IMG/VR virus record: IMGVR_UViG_3300035001_000006 | Location: 8,823 to 72,822 of that record | Strand: one strand, 5' to 3' | DNA length: 64,000 nucleotides | From: a virus | Part shown: piece by piece, positions 27,521-35,688 of the stretch | How positions within the stretch are numbered: the first letter of the stretch is position 1 | Layout of the letters: each line of letters begins with the position of its first letter | Made by a program: the position numbers and the translations under genes | The notes under the pieces: model-generated | Told to the model about the DNA's origin: nothing | Databases searched by the model: none | What the model saw: only the letters and a program-made list of their open reading frames with translations

Positions 27521-27646
27521 CGTTGACGGGGATGCTCACCGCGCAGCGGTGAGAGCGGCGCGCAGCGCCGCGGGCCTTGTCGTTGACTGGGGCGCGGGTG
27601 TTGCGGCGGGCGGCGACGTTGACGGGACCGAGCCCGCGCAGCGGGC
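27521..27646 (+). other. Cluster of three hairpins with an identical GC-GCA-GC apex, interleaved with three CGTTGAC motifs
   Basis: CTCACCGC-GCA-GCGGTGAG 27535-27553; GCGGCGC-GCA-GCGCCGC 27555-27571; GCCCGC-GCA-GCGGGC 27632-27646; CGTTGAC at 27521, 27581 and 27617. Confidence 0.75.
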
Positions 27647-27716
27647 GAGGGCCCTGGGCGATGCCCATTCCAAATCACTTTTGTTAGTGCCCACCAACTG
27701 GACGCGGGGAGAAGCC

Positions 27717-27971
27717 TTGCCCACAAAAGCTGACCTGCAGCGCCGGGTGGCCTCGCTCGAGGCCAAGGTGCGCGCCGACGCGCGGCTCATCGAGTCGCTG
27801 CGCAACGAGAACTACGACCTGCGCTGGCAGCTGGGACTGACCGGCGAGCCGCAGGACGACCAGAACAGGCCATTCGAGCCCAACGGCTTGATGGGCGTGC
27901 CCGGCTACGTGCAGGACCTGCTGGTCCGGCTGCGCGCCGAGCAGAAATCGAAAGGAAGACGCCATGCGTGA
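27717..27971 (+). CDS. Hypothetical coiled-coil protein
   Basis: TTG start after GGGAGA; PTKADLQRRVASLEAKVRADARLIESLRNEN. Confidence 0.6.
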   Translation: MPTKADLQRRVASLEAKVRADARLIESLRNENYDLRWQLGLTGEPQDDQNRPFEPNGLMGVPGYVQDLLVRLRAEQKSKGRRHA

Positions 27972-28236
27972 AATGCGAGACCGTGCAGCCATCCTCTACG
28001 TGACCGTCGGCCCGTCGCCGCTCGGGATCCCGCTCGACGGCGGCGCACCGAGCTACGTGCCCACCACGCCCAAGGCGCTGGCCAGTCGGCGGCCGGTCGG
28101 CAAGCCGATCCGCCAGATGGCGTCGATCGACCGCTACCGCGAGGCCTTCAAGCCGATTCCCGCCAGACCAGCCCCGACAACGTCGATGGGCCGGTTCCTG
28201 CGCCGGATCGAGGACAGGCTGGCCGCCTGGCTCTGA
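27964..28236 (+). CDS. Hypothetical protein
   Basis: 90 aa; overlaps the previous stop; RBS AAAGGA. Confidence 0.55.
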   Translation: MREMRDRAAILYVTVGPSPLGIPLDGGAPSYVPTTPKALASRRPVGKPIRQMASIDRYREAFKPIPARPAPTTSMGRFLRRIEDRLAAWL

Positions 28237-28292
28237 GTTCTACCCGGGTACAAAGCCCCGACAAGGTCGAAAATCCCGGCTCAAGCGGCACT

Positions 28293-28320
28293 CCGAACTC
28301 TGATTACTTCGGTCTTTTTT
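28293..28320 (+). terminator. Rho-independent terminator
   Basis: CCGAA-N10-TTCGG followed by TCTTTTTT. Confidence 0.5.
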
Positions 28321-28622
28321 GATCCCTGATTCCCTTTGTTATCAACGACTTAAGTACCGAAGAAAGAGTGATTCATTGATTTTATAAGTGCCTGCTCCTC
28401 GGGGTACTTCACAAGAAAAACTCATCTTCCCTTCACAAGTTGGTCTCGAAATAGGGGGCCCTCGCGAACTCGAACCGCCACGGGGCCTTCTGGGCTCTTG
28501 GGCCCCCACCCTCACTGCACCTAAGTGGCTGCTCCGATTGAAGATTTCCTCTGCGACGCTTCATTTTGTTGAGTGCCACTTCAAGTGCCAATTCGGAGAT
28601 GACCTTGGCTTCGTCTGACCGC

Positions 28623-28916
28623 ATGGACTGGATCGCGCTCTACGCTTACCCCGAAAGGCTTGCCAAGCTCCTGCCTGGCGAATCGGGGGTGTTCATCTGC
28701 CCGCCGGCCTGGCGTGGGTCCCTCGGTCGCGTCTGCTCGAAGTGGGTGCGAGAGAACACGAGCTGGTCGGAGGACTTCCCTGACGGCACGCCGCCGACGT
28801 ACGTCTTCTGGACCTGTGCCGCTCCGCACGGCCTGCGCGTGAACCGCGGCCACCTGCCCGGCCCGCACCGGCCGCAGCACGTGCGCTACACGTACCGCCC
28901 CCTGCCGCAGGCATAG
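28623..28916 (+). CDS. Hypothetical protein
   Basis: MDWIALYAYPERLAKLLPGESGVFICPP...; codon usage matches the phage. Confidence 0.5.
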   Translation: MDWIALYAYPERLAKLLPGESGVFICPPAWRGSLGRVCSKWVRENTSWSEDFPDGTPPTYVFWTCAAPHGLRVNRGHLPGPHRPQHVRYTYRPLPQA

Positions 28917-28937
28917 GGCGAAACCAAACTGCTGTCA

Positions 28938-29246
28938 CGCAGCGCGCCGGGCGCCCCCGACAACGTCAACCGAACGGACCTGACCGTGAGCACCGGAACC
29001 CACCGGGGCCCGGCCTGTGTCGCTGCGACCGACGTTGTCGGGGATCCCGCCTGGCGCCCCGGCTGCGCTTGACCCCGATCACCCCGCCCTTGCTGGCGGC
29101 TCGAGCGCTCTGAGCGCCGACGTCGAACCCGGCGCAGAGCGATCTGCACAACAGGAGGAGCCGCCGTGCACACCTTACCGGCATGAAGCGGGCGAGCCGC
29201 TACGCCATCCCCTGAGAGCCTTCGCAAAGCGTGAGCGTCGAAGGCT
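28938..29246 (+). ncRNA. Highly structured intergenic element (candidate ncRNA / cis element)
   Basis: 13-bp stem 28955-28967/29031-29043; nested stems 29095-29102/29158-29165, 29106-29112/29135-29141 and 29115-29119/29130-29134; 8-bp stem 29217-29224/29239-29246. Confidence 0.5.
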
Positions 29247-29261
29247 GTTCAGACCCTGCGC

Positions 29262-29585
29262 TTACCGACCGGAAAAATCCCAACGATCCTTGGGCATCTG
29301 CGGGTCCGCTGGCCCCTCACGAAGCCAAGGCACTCCGCGAATTATTCGAAGGTCAAGGCGAAGCGCGGCACCAAAAGCAAAGCCCAGTACGCCGTTTGCA
29401 CCCCCAGCGCAGCTCCACAGCACAACTTCGATCTCGCTCATCTCGCACATCCAGCAAGGGAGCAAGAAGAACGAAAGAACGAAGCACCAAAAGATGACGT
29501 GGGCAACTCGATTGATTGCCGTGTAGAGCCTTCGCTCCCGGCGCGTCAGCGGATGGGGCGAAACGTCATTTCGTGGGATCAGCAT
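29262..29585 (-). CDS. Small two-TM membrane protein (moron)
   Basis: 107 aa with hydrophobic VIFWCFVLSFFLLPCW and VLGFAFGAAL segments. Confidence 0.55.
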   Translation of the reverse strand: MLIPRNDVSPHPLTRRERRLYTAINRVAHVIFWCFVLSFFLLPCWMCEMSEIEVVLWSCAGGANGVLGFAFGAALRLDLRIIRGVPWLREGPADPQMPKDRWDFSGR

Positions 29586-29665
29586 TTAGCTCAATCGAGT
29601 ATTTCAGATCCGAGACACAGACACCACTGAAGCGAAAGCCGCAACAGCGGCACGAATGGTAAGCA

Positions 29666-30199
29666 CTATCCATCGCCGAGTCGCGGCCCCTCGTTGACGA
29701 CCGATCGGATCCACTCGATAGCAGAGGAGATGCTGGCCGCGCGTAGCGACGGGTCGCCTCCCCCGTGGTCGAACTGCCTGCCCTCGATTTCGACCAAGCG
29801 GTCGGGATCCGATTTCATACGCGACAGGGTCCACTCCCACAGATCGCGCCGTGTTGCATAGCTCCACCAGTTCGAGAAGTGGCAGATAAGCAGCGGCTGC
29901 GTGGGCGAGTTGCTCAGTTCGCCGCGGCAGTAAGGCCAGTACTTGAGGAGGTTCGACAGGGGCAGCTCTTTGCTCTCGAACTCCACAACAACCTTCCACC
30001 CGAGATACGGCGCAGTCGCATCCCCAAGCTCGAACCTCTCCGAAGTCCGGGCGCCAACCGCTCGGCGGCAGGCGTAGGGGGTCACGAACGCGGCGCAGTT
30101 CTGCGTGACTTGACCGCCGGACCAGAGGAGGCTCTCCCCGGCGGCCTGGTTGAGCGACTGCCTGAACTCCTCGAGAAACCCCGACTGCGTCAATCCCAT
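29666..30199 (-). CDS. Hypothetical protein with a possible PD-(D/E)XK motif (moron)
   Basis: RBS GGAGAG before ATG 30199; LGDATAPYLGWKVVVEFESK. Confidence 0.65.
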   Translation of the reverse strand: MGLTQSGFLEEFRQSLNQAAGESLLWSGGQVTQNCAAFVTPYACRRAVGARTSERFELGDATAPYLGWKVVVEFESKELPLSNLLKYWPYCRGELSNSPTQPLLICHFSNWWSYATRRDLWEWTLSRMKSDPDRLVEIEGRQFDHGGGDPSLRAASISSAIEWIRSVVNEGPRLGDG

Positions 30200-30305
30200 G
30201 CCTTCTCTCCGACAGCTGTAATTCGCGGCCATGCCGCCATCGAAGTCTAGCGCGGCCCCCCGCGCCCAACTCGCCGCCTCGCCGGCAGCACCACCCCCCT
30301 AGACC

Positions 30306-30734
30306 ATGAACGAAGCCCGCCTCCTACTCCTCGCCGACGCGCTCGAGCATCGCATTCCCGCCGACAAGTTCGACCTGGCCGAGTGGCGCGGTCGCGAAGA
30401 CTACGACCCCGATCGTGATGACCGCCCGGGGACCTACGTCACAGACGCCGCGCTGCTGCACGGCTGCGGGACTACCGGATGCGCCGTGGGCTGGGCATGC
30501 GCGCTGCCCGAGTTCAACGCCGAGGGCTTGACCTGGGACGGAACCATGCCCGCCTACCACCAGCCCGGGCCCCTGGGCCTCAGCTTCATCCACTTCGAGG
30601 CTGTGAACCGGTTCTTCGGCATCTGCGAGGAGGACTCCAGCTACCTGTTCCTGAGCTCCTCCTACGACGACCCGGCGGGCCCGCTTGACGTGGCGGCTCG
30701 CATTCGTGAATTCGTAGCCAATCGTCGGGCCTGA
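30306..30734 (+). CDS. Phage hypothetical protein (CGTxGCxxGW motif)
   Basis: 142 aa; HGCGTTGCAVGWAC is recalled from small phage proteins. Confidence 0.75.
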   Translation: MNEARLLLLADALEHRIPADKFDLAEWRGREDYDPDRDDRPGTYVTDAALLHGCGTTGCAVGWACALPEFNAEGLTWDGTMPAYHQPGPLGLSFIHFEAVNRFFGICEEDSSYLFLSSSYDDPAGPLDVAARIREFVANRRA

Positions 30735-30951
30735 TCCACTGCTGGGTGCCCGGCCGTTCGAAACTCGCTACATTCCAGCGCTTCTGGAGGAATTGTCTAT
30801 GCCGCTCTCGGCGTGTTCGGGGCAAGCTATCCGTGGGTCACAACCATTTTCCTGGACGGGGTAGCCGGCGTTGCGCCGCGGAGATCGACAGGCTTCGGAA
30901 AAAACTCGAGACGCACGGAATCGCGGAGTGGTAGCCTGAGCTGGCACAGCT

Positions 30952-31692
30952 TCAATTTCTGGCGTGTAGCCCCAACTTGATCCGAACCTTTTCCCACCGG
31001 TTCGCCTCACCCCATCGCTGCTCTTCCAGTTGAGCGCTCTCACGCACTGCCCCTCGACCCAAGTAGAACGCAGAAAGGCTCACCGAACATCTGGCCGCCG
31101 CAGTCCGGACGTCCTCCAGATTTGCGAGGACCCCACCCCTCAGGTTCTTCATCCTCGGCTCAAACGCGTTTTGAATCCAGTCGAGACTCTGTGTCGCGCT
31201 ACGAAGGCGGTACAGCAGTACCGGCAAGAGTGCTAGATCGCTCGCAGTTTGTGGGTGAATCACTGCGATTCGCATGATGTGCTCCGCAGTCGGATCGCTT
31301 AGCCGCGCGATGCTGTTGGCGGCCTCGATGAAAGGCCGCCAGTTCCCCACCGGACCCGAGGCGTCGCGGTAGGCCTCCTCTGCCTCCTGTATCGCGGAGG
31401 ACAGTTTGTGCAACTCTGCGTGCATCAGGACTGCTGACGCCTCAGCAAGGTTGGCGGCTTCGACTCGCCGCGCCCTCTCGCCGGACCTTGCGATCCAAAT
31501 CGCCGCCAAGATCGCGGCGACCGAAAAAATGGCCTGGAACCACCCAGACCATTCCGACTTTGTCATGCAGAGTGGCCACCACTCCAAGCCCAGCAGGCAG
31601 TACTCCGACGTTGGCAATCGACTTCTCCTCGTTGGCGGGATCGTAGCTCGACAGCTGCTCCCGGCCTTCGTGTCTACCGCCAGCACTTTCAA
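30952..31692 (-). CDS. Membrane-anchored helical protein (moron)
   Basis: WSGWFQAIFSVAAILAAIWIA TM followed by a helical domain; true start uncertain (31566 possible). Confidence 0.65.
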   Translation of the reverse strand: MKVLAVDTKAGSSCRATIPPTRRSRLPTSEYCLLGLEWWPLCMTKSEWSGWFQAIFSVAAILAAIWIARSGERARRVEAANLAEASAVLMHAELHKLSSAIQEAEEAYRDASGPVGNWRPFIEAANSIARLSDPTAEHIMRIAVIHPQTASDLALLPVLLYRLRSATQSLDWIQNAFEPRMKNLRGGVLANLEDVRTAAARCSVSLSAFYLGRGAVRESAQLEEQRWGEANRWEKVRIKLGLHARN

Positions 31693-31801
31693 CGTGATTT
31701 ACAAAGCACCCCAATGCCGCAACAAACTCGCCTGACTCTCTGACCAGCCGCCCGCGCACGGCGCACGGCCAGCCCACTCCGAGTACGAGATCCGCTTGGC
31801 C

Positions 31802-33292
31802 TTACGTCTGATTAGACCGCTTGCTCGGCTTAGAAGCAGCACCTGTTGCTTTGCCTTCCAGTCGCGGAACGTCCTCTAAGCCTTTAGGAATTGGGAAAGC
31901 TACGCGTCCAGCGGTATTGACCAGCGCTTCTCGGCAAGCTTTCGCGTAGCTTAGATCTTTCGACTCGAGAACATACTGCATGGCAAAGAACAAATCAGGG
32001 GTAAACACCAGTGCCGTTTGAGACATCTCTGCGGCCGTACAACATTTATCCGTAAACGGGTCGCCCCGCTCTGGCAGCGGAGCTAGTCGAAAGGCATTAC
32101 CAAAGAGGACCGGCTTTGCAAGCTTCTGCACCTCTTCGCGTTGGAAGTCCTCTTGGATGTTCATCGCCAGTTGCCGAAGCTTCTCGATGTTCACGGCTTT
32201 GTTGTCCTTACCTTCTGCTTCTCCGATAAGGCGTCCTTCGGCGGATTCGAATACGACATCAAACTCGGAGTCCGTTAGCTTGAAGTTTGAGGCACTGAAT
32301 CCTAAGCATTTGAGAGCACCGATGATCGCAGCCTCCAAAGGCCTGCCTTTCTCGAAGAGAAGCGCACGACTTACCCCTGCCTCAATTAACGAGCATTCAA
32401 TGTTCTCCTTTCTTCTTTGAGCCTCCTCCACTGCTTTCTCAGCTTCCAACAAAGCAGCCTTCAAGTTTTTCTCACCGGTGAGTTCAAAGGAAGGATGCTC
32501 AGCCCAAGCGGGCGGAGGGGTCGCACCCATTTCGGAACGAAGGGACTTGTCGAGCGAAACCATTGCTGCGATTAATCGCGCTGCAAAATGATAAGCATTC
32601 TCGGTGTATTCAAAATCTTTGGCCTCGTCGAAGAACTCGTCTGGGTTGAATTCGATGTTTGGCAGCAGCAAAAGGGAGCCCTGCGAAGTCTTGCTGCGTA
32701 ATAACGCTCCTACCGCTCTGTCGCCATTCTTCGTAGTTATTAGAGGGGGCACTTCTAAGTCCGGGAGCAGAACCTCGAAGGTCGAGGCTCCGGAAAACTC
32801 GTCCCAGTACGAAGATAAAATTTCAGCACCCTTAGATGCCAATTTCATCGAGTTTCCACGGGCTACCAACGGCGCCGTCATGCCTGGGATCATTTGATAA
32901 TTGGAACAGGCCGAGACCATGCGCGTCGTCCGTGTGTTCTTACCAGTTCCAGAATACTGTTTCGCGCCAGTGTCCGCGTAGAAACCAATTGATTCTGAAA
33001 GAAAAACTACCACCATTTTTCCTGCATCGACTGCTTGTTTGATTTCGCGACGCCAATGCTCTGTGGCCTCACGCAGCCGAAAAGATCCTGTAGTAGTTAG
33101 ACTCGGCTTCCCTTGGTAATAATCGTCGTGGTAGCGCGAAAGCGCGTCAGCCACGTCCGGCTGGAACAGAACAATATCCCAGTCAAGAAGTGACACCTTT
33201 GACTCAATGTCTTCGTAAGCGACATCATCGGACGCCAAGGAAAAGCCAACCGAAATTATCTTCTTTGCCAAGGCAGACTCCATCATGCTCAA
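31802..33292 (-). CDS. Large low-GC protein with a coiled coil and C-terminal PD-(D/E)XK-like nuclease motif (moron)
   Basis: 496 aa; SEFDVVFESAEGRLIGEAEGKDNKAV...KLRQL after a coiled coil; markedly AT-richer. Confidence 0.75.
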   Translation of the reverse strand: MSMMESALAKKIISVGFSLASDDVAYEDIESKVSLLDWDIVLFQPDVADALSRYHDDYYQGKPSLTTTGSFRLREATEHWRREIKQAVDAGKMVVVFLSESIGFYADTGAKQYSGTGKNTRTTRMVSACSNYQMIPGMTAPLVARGNSMKLASKGAEILSSYWDEFSGASTFEVLLPDLEVPPLITTKNGDRAVGALLRSKTSQGSLLLLPNIEFNPDEFFDEAKDFEYTENAYHFAARLIAAMVSLDKSLRSEMGATPPPAWAEHPSFELTGEKNLKAALLEAEKAVEEAQRRKENIECSLIEAGVSRALLFEKGRPLEAAIIGALKCLGFSASNFKLTDSEFDVVFESAEGRLIGEAEGKDNKAVNIEKLRQLAMNIQEDFQREEVQKLAKPVLFGNAFRLAPLPERGDPFTDKCCTAAEMSQTALVFTPDLFFAMQYVLESKDLSYAKACREALVNTAGRVAFPIPKGLEDVPRLEGKATGAASKPSKRSNQT

Positions 33293-33493
33293 TAGCTAAC
33301 GTGCGACCACTTACTCGCACCAGCTAATTTAGCGTCAAATATTTTCAGATCTGTATTGCGGATCGTAGCTGAACGCCAACCCACCTTTCCTCTCTGTCGA
33401 TGGCATGTGCAAGATCCCCGATGGAACCCTGGTTGTCTTCAAGGTCCACACCGGCAATTCGCGAGATGGGCGCGGACGCTAGCAGCATTAAAG

Positions 33494-33976
33494 CTAAATC
33501 CTTCGGTGCAGTTCTCCAGCAGGTCGGCGATCCAAGCTTTTTAGAGCGTCAAGGGATTGCTGAATTCGGGCATTCGCTTCTCTCGCCCGTTTTATCGATC
33601 GACTCTGAAAAAATTCCGAGATGATAAGTACAGGACTAAGAAGTAGCCCAGCAACGTGAAACGACATGGAGATTAGCTCAATCCTTGAAGGCGCACCAGG
33701 CCGAATTGCAAAGATGAGCAAACTGTAGAAGGCGAAAGCTCCTAAGCAAAAGTAGACCAGATAGGCGATGAGGCTTTCAACATACGAACGCTCCTCCGCG
33801 GAGAGTTTAGCGTGGGCATAGATCGCGGCTACCGCGATTGCCAAGATCGGAATTGCGTACGACACGGCTTCTCCTCGTAGTTTGACATCCAATTGTCGCT
33901 GAGCCGAGTCAGCACGCGCCAGTCGACGAAGTGCCTTCCGCCGCACGTCATCACACCGGGGAGTTTCCAAGAGCAT
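33494..33976 (-). CDS. Three-TM membrane protein (moron)
   Basis: 160 aa; three hydrophobic stretches; AT-richer. Confidence 0.6.
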   Translation of the reverse strand: MLLETPRCDDVRRKALRRLARADSAQRQLDVKLRGEAVSYAIPILAIAVAAIYAHAKLSAEERSYVESLIAYLVYFCLGAFAFYSLLIFAIRPGAPSRIELISMSFHVAGLLLSPVLIISEFFQSRSIKRAREANARIQQSLDALKSLDRRPAGELHRRI

Positions 33977-34021
33977 TCAGACCTGTTCCGGCAGCAGTGC
34001 TAGCCCGACAACGACAACTCC

Positions 34022-34046
34022 AAAGCCCGCCTTGAGCGGGCTTTTT
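34022..34046 (+). terminator. Rho-independent (bidirectional) terminator
   Basis: AAAGCCCGC-CTTGA-GCGGGCTTTTT. Confidence 0.75.
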
Positions 34047-34065
34047 CATGCCCGAAAGGACTTCA

Positions 34066-34803
34066 ATGACCCAGTTCAAGATCGCTTCCCTACTGCTGGC
34101 GGCGTGCCTCGCCGCGTGCGGCGGCGGAGGCGGCGGCGGTGGCTCGGCCAGCATGCCGATCCTGCCTGTCACTGCCGTGCCGCCCGCATCGCAGGCGCCC
34201 AGCGCCCCCGCCGCGCCGGGCCCCGGCAACGCCAAGGATTGCTCCGTGGCCCTGTACGGCGACTCGATCCTGCACGGAGCCTACAACGACGCCGCGGGCG
34301 AGCGCCGCCTGGCCGAGCCGCCAGCGGCCGCGCTGAAGCGCCTGCGGCCCGCCTACACCGTCACGGACCACACGCTCTCCGGCCAGTCCGCCCGCGCGCT
34401 GTCGATGACGTTCAACAACGCAACGCGCACCGCGAAGATCGTGGTGATCGAAAGCGGCGTGATCGATGCCTGGCGCAACGACCCGCCGGTCGAGACCGTG
34501 AAGGCGATGGCCGAGTACGCCCGGGCTGAGGGCCGCAAGGTCGTGATCACGGGCTTCTCCCGCATGCTGGTGTCGACGCGCATGGGCGTGACCGAGGCCG
34601 CCCTCGACCGCCGAGACGAGTTCAACCTGGCCATGAAGGCCATGGCCTCCGCGATGGGCTACGGCTTCGCCGACTTCGGCGCGGCCGCCTTCGACGACGG
34701 CTCCGTCGTCGACCAGATCCACCCCGGACAGACGTACTCGCTGCGCCTGGTCGACCAACTCGTGGCAGCGCTCGACCGCGCCGCGCCGGGATGCGCGCAA
34801 TGA
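34066..34803 (+). CDS. SGNH/GDSL hydrolase lipoprotein
   Basis: Lipobox LAAC plus Gly linker; block I YGDSI, block II SGQS, block III ESGVID, block V DQIHP. Confidence 0.85.
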   Translation: MTQFKIASLLLAACLAACGGGGGGGGSASMPILPVTAVPPASQAPSAPAAPGPGNAKDCSVALYGDSILHGAYNDAAGERRLAEPPAAALKRLRPAYTVTDHTLSGQSARALSMTFNNATRTAKIVVIESGVIDAWRNDPPVETVKAMAEYARAEGRKVVITGFSRMLVSTRMGVTEAALDRRDEFNLAMKAMASAMGYGFADFGAAAFDDGSVVDQIHPGQTYSLRLVDQLVAALDRAAPGCAQ

Positions 34804-35090
34804 ATCAACCCATCAAATCCGGGGACAAATGCCGGGTGATCCGCGGCATGGCCCGCCACCTCAGCCCGAACGTCGGCCTCGAAGTCACCGTCGGGCCCCA
34901 GATGGGCGAGCACAGCAAGTTTGGCCGTGTCGTCCGCATCACCGGCGAAAAGCTACAGCAGCTGCACCCCGAAAGCGGCGAGTTCATCGTCACCGGCTGG
35001 GCTGACATCCCGATGGCCTGGCTCGAGAAGGCCACGCCGCCAACTCCGCCGGCCCGCATGCAGGCCCGGCATCGCGAGGTGACCCTGTGA
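34800..35090 (+). CDS. Hypothetical protein (SH3/KOW-like)
   Basis: MNQPIKSGDKCRVIRG...; ATGA overlap. Confidence 0.65.
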   Translation: MNQPIKSGDKCRVIRGMARHLSPNVGLEVTVGPQMGEHSKFGRVVRITGEKLQQLHPESGEFIVTGWADIPMAWLEKATPPTPPARMQARHREVTL

Positions 35091-35278
35091 AGGTGCTCAT
35101 CGGAACCGTGGCCGGCAGCTACTACGCGAGCCTCGTCGCGCACCGTCTGATCGACGAGAGCCGCTGGTGCGTGCTCACGCCGCTCCCCGGCGAGACCTAC
35201 GAGTTCGTGGTGAAGGACGAGCCCGGCGCGCGAGTCGCACTTGCGGGCTGCGACAGCGTCGAGAAAGGAACGAGATGA
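35087..35278 (+). CDS. Hypothetical protein
   Basis: 63 aa; GTGA overlap. Confidence 0.6.
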   Translation: MKVLIGTVAGSYYASLVAHRLIDESRWCVLTPLPGETYEFVVKDEPGARVALAGCDSVEKGTR

Positions 35279-35625
35279 GTGCCCACATCAAGCAGCTTGC
35301 CCAGAAGATCCTGAACCTGCAGGCGAAGGAGCATTCGCCGGCGGATGAAGAGCTCTTTCAAACGCTCGTCGAGCTCGGCGACCAGGCGCAGACCCTCGTG
35401 CGTCTGTGCACCCCAACCGAGCCGGGCCCCGACAACGTCGAAGGCAACCTCGCGGTGTTCAGCTACTGGATCGCGGCAGACAGCGGCTACACGGCCGAGG
35501 CGACCTACGCCGGCATCACTCCCGCGCAGTACACCAACGTGGTCGGCGCGCTGAACGGCAACCTGAAGCTGGTGACGCCCGAGATCGAGGAACAACTCGC
35601 ACGGCTTTCCGGGCTGGACAAGTAA
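35275..35625 (+). CDS. Hypothetical protein
   Basis: MSAHIKQLAQKILNLQ...; RBS AAAGGA; ATGA overlap. Confidence 0.7.
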   Translation: MSAHIKQLAQKILNLQAKEHSPADEELFQTLVELGDQAQTLVRLCTPTEPGPDNVEGNLAVFSYWIAADSGYTAEATYAGITPAQYTNVVGALNGNLKLVTPEIEEQLARLSGLDK

Positions 35626-35688
35626 AACCGCCCGCAAGTAGGGCCTGCAGCTAACATGACACCGCTTGTTCAAAACCCAAGGATCACC

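Noticed and set aside
27519-27680. Firm call as N4-type virion RNA polymerase promoters
   Set aside because: No phage RNA polymerase gene in the window and the virion module is siphovirus-like; kept only as an analogy.
28241-28250. Palindrome TACCCGGGTA as a protelomerase (hairpin telomere) site
   Set aside because: Only 10 bp; known tel sites are much longer palindromes, and no protelomerase is in the window.
28454-28507. tRNA/tmRNA-like fragment on the minus strand (GGGGGCC...GGTTCGAGTTC...GGCCCCC)
   Set aside because: Only 54 nt; T-stem imperfect, no D- or anticodon arm, no CCA. Treated as a plain inverted repeat.
28938-29250. Retron msr/msd or DGR template repeat
   Set aside because: No reverse transcriptase in the window and no TR/VR pair with adenine-specific mismatches seen.
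29205-29260. Hammerhead ribozyme (CTGAGAG followed by a stem)
   Set aside because: The required GAAA after stem II and the stem I/III pairings are absent.
29017-29526. 169-aa plus-strand ORF across the structured element
   Set aside because: No RBS, low-complexity Pro/Arg/Ala translation, and it overlaps the minus-strand TM gene.
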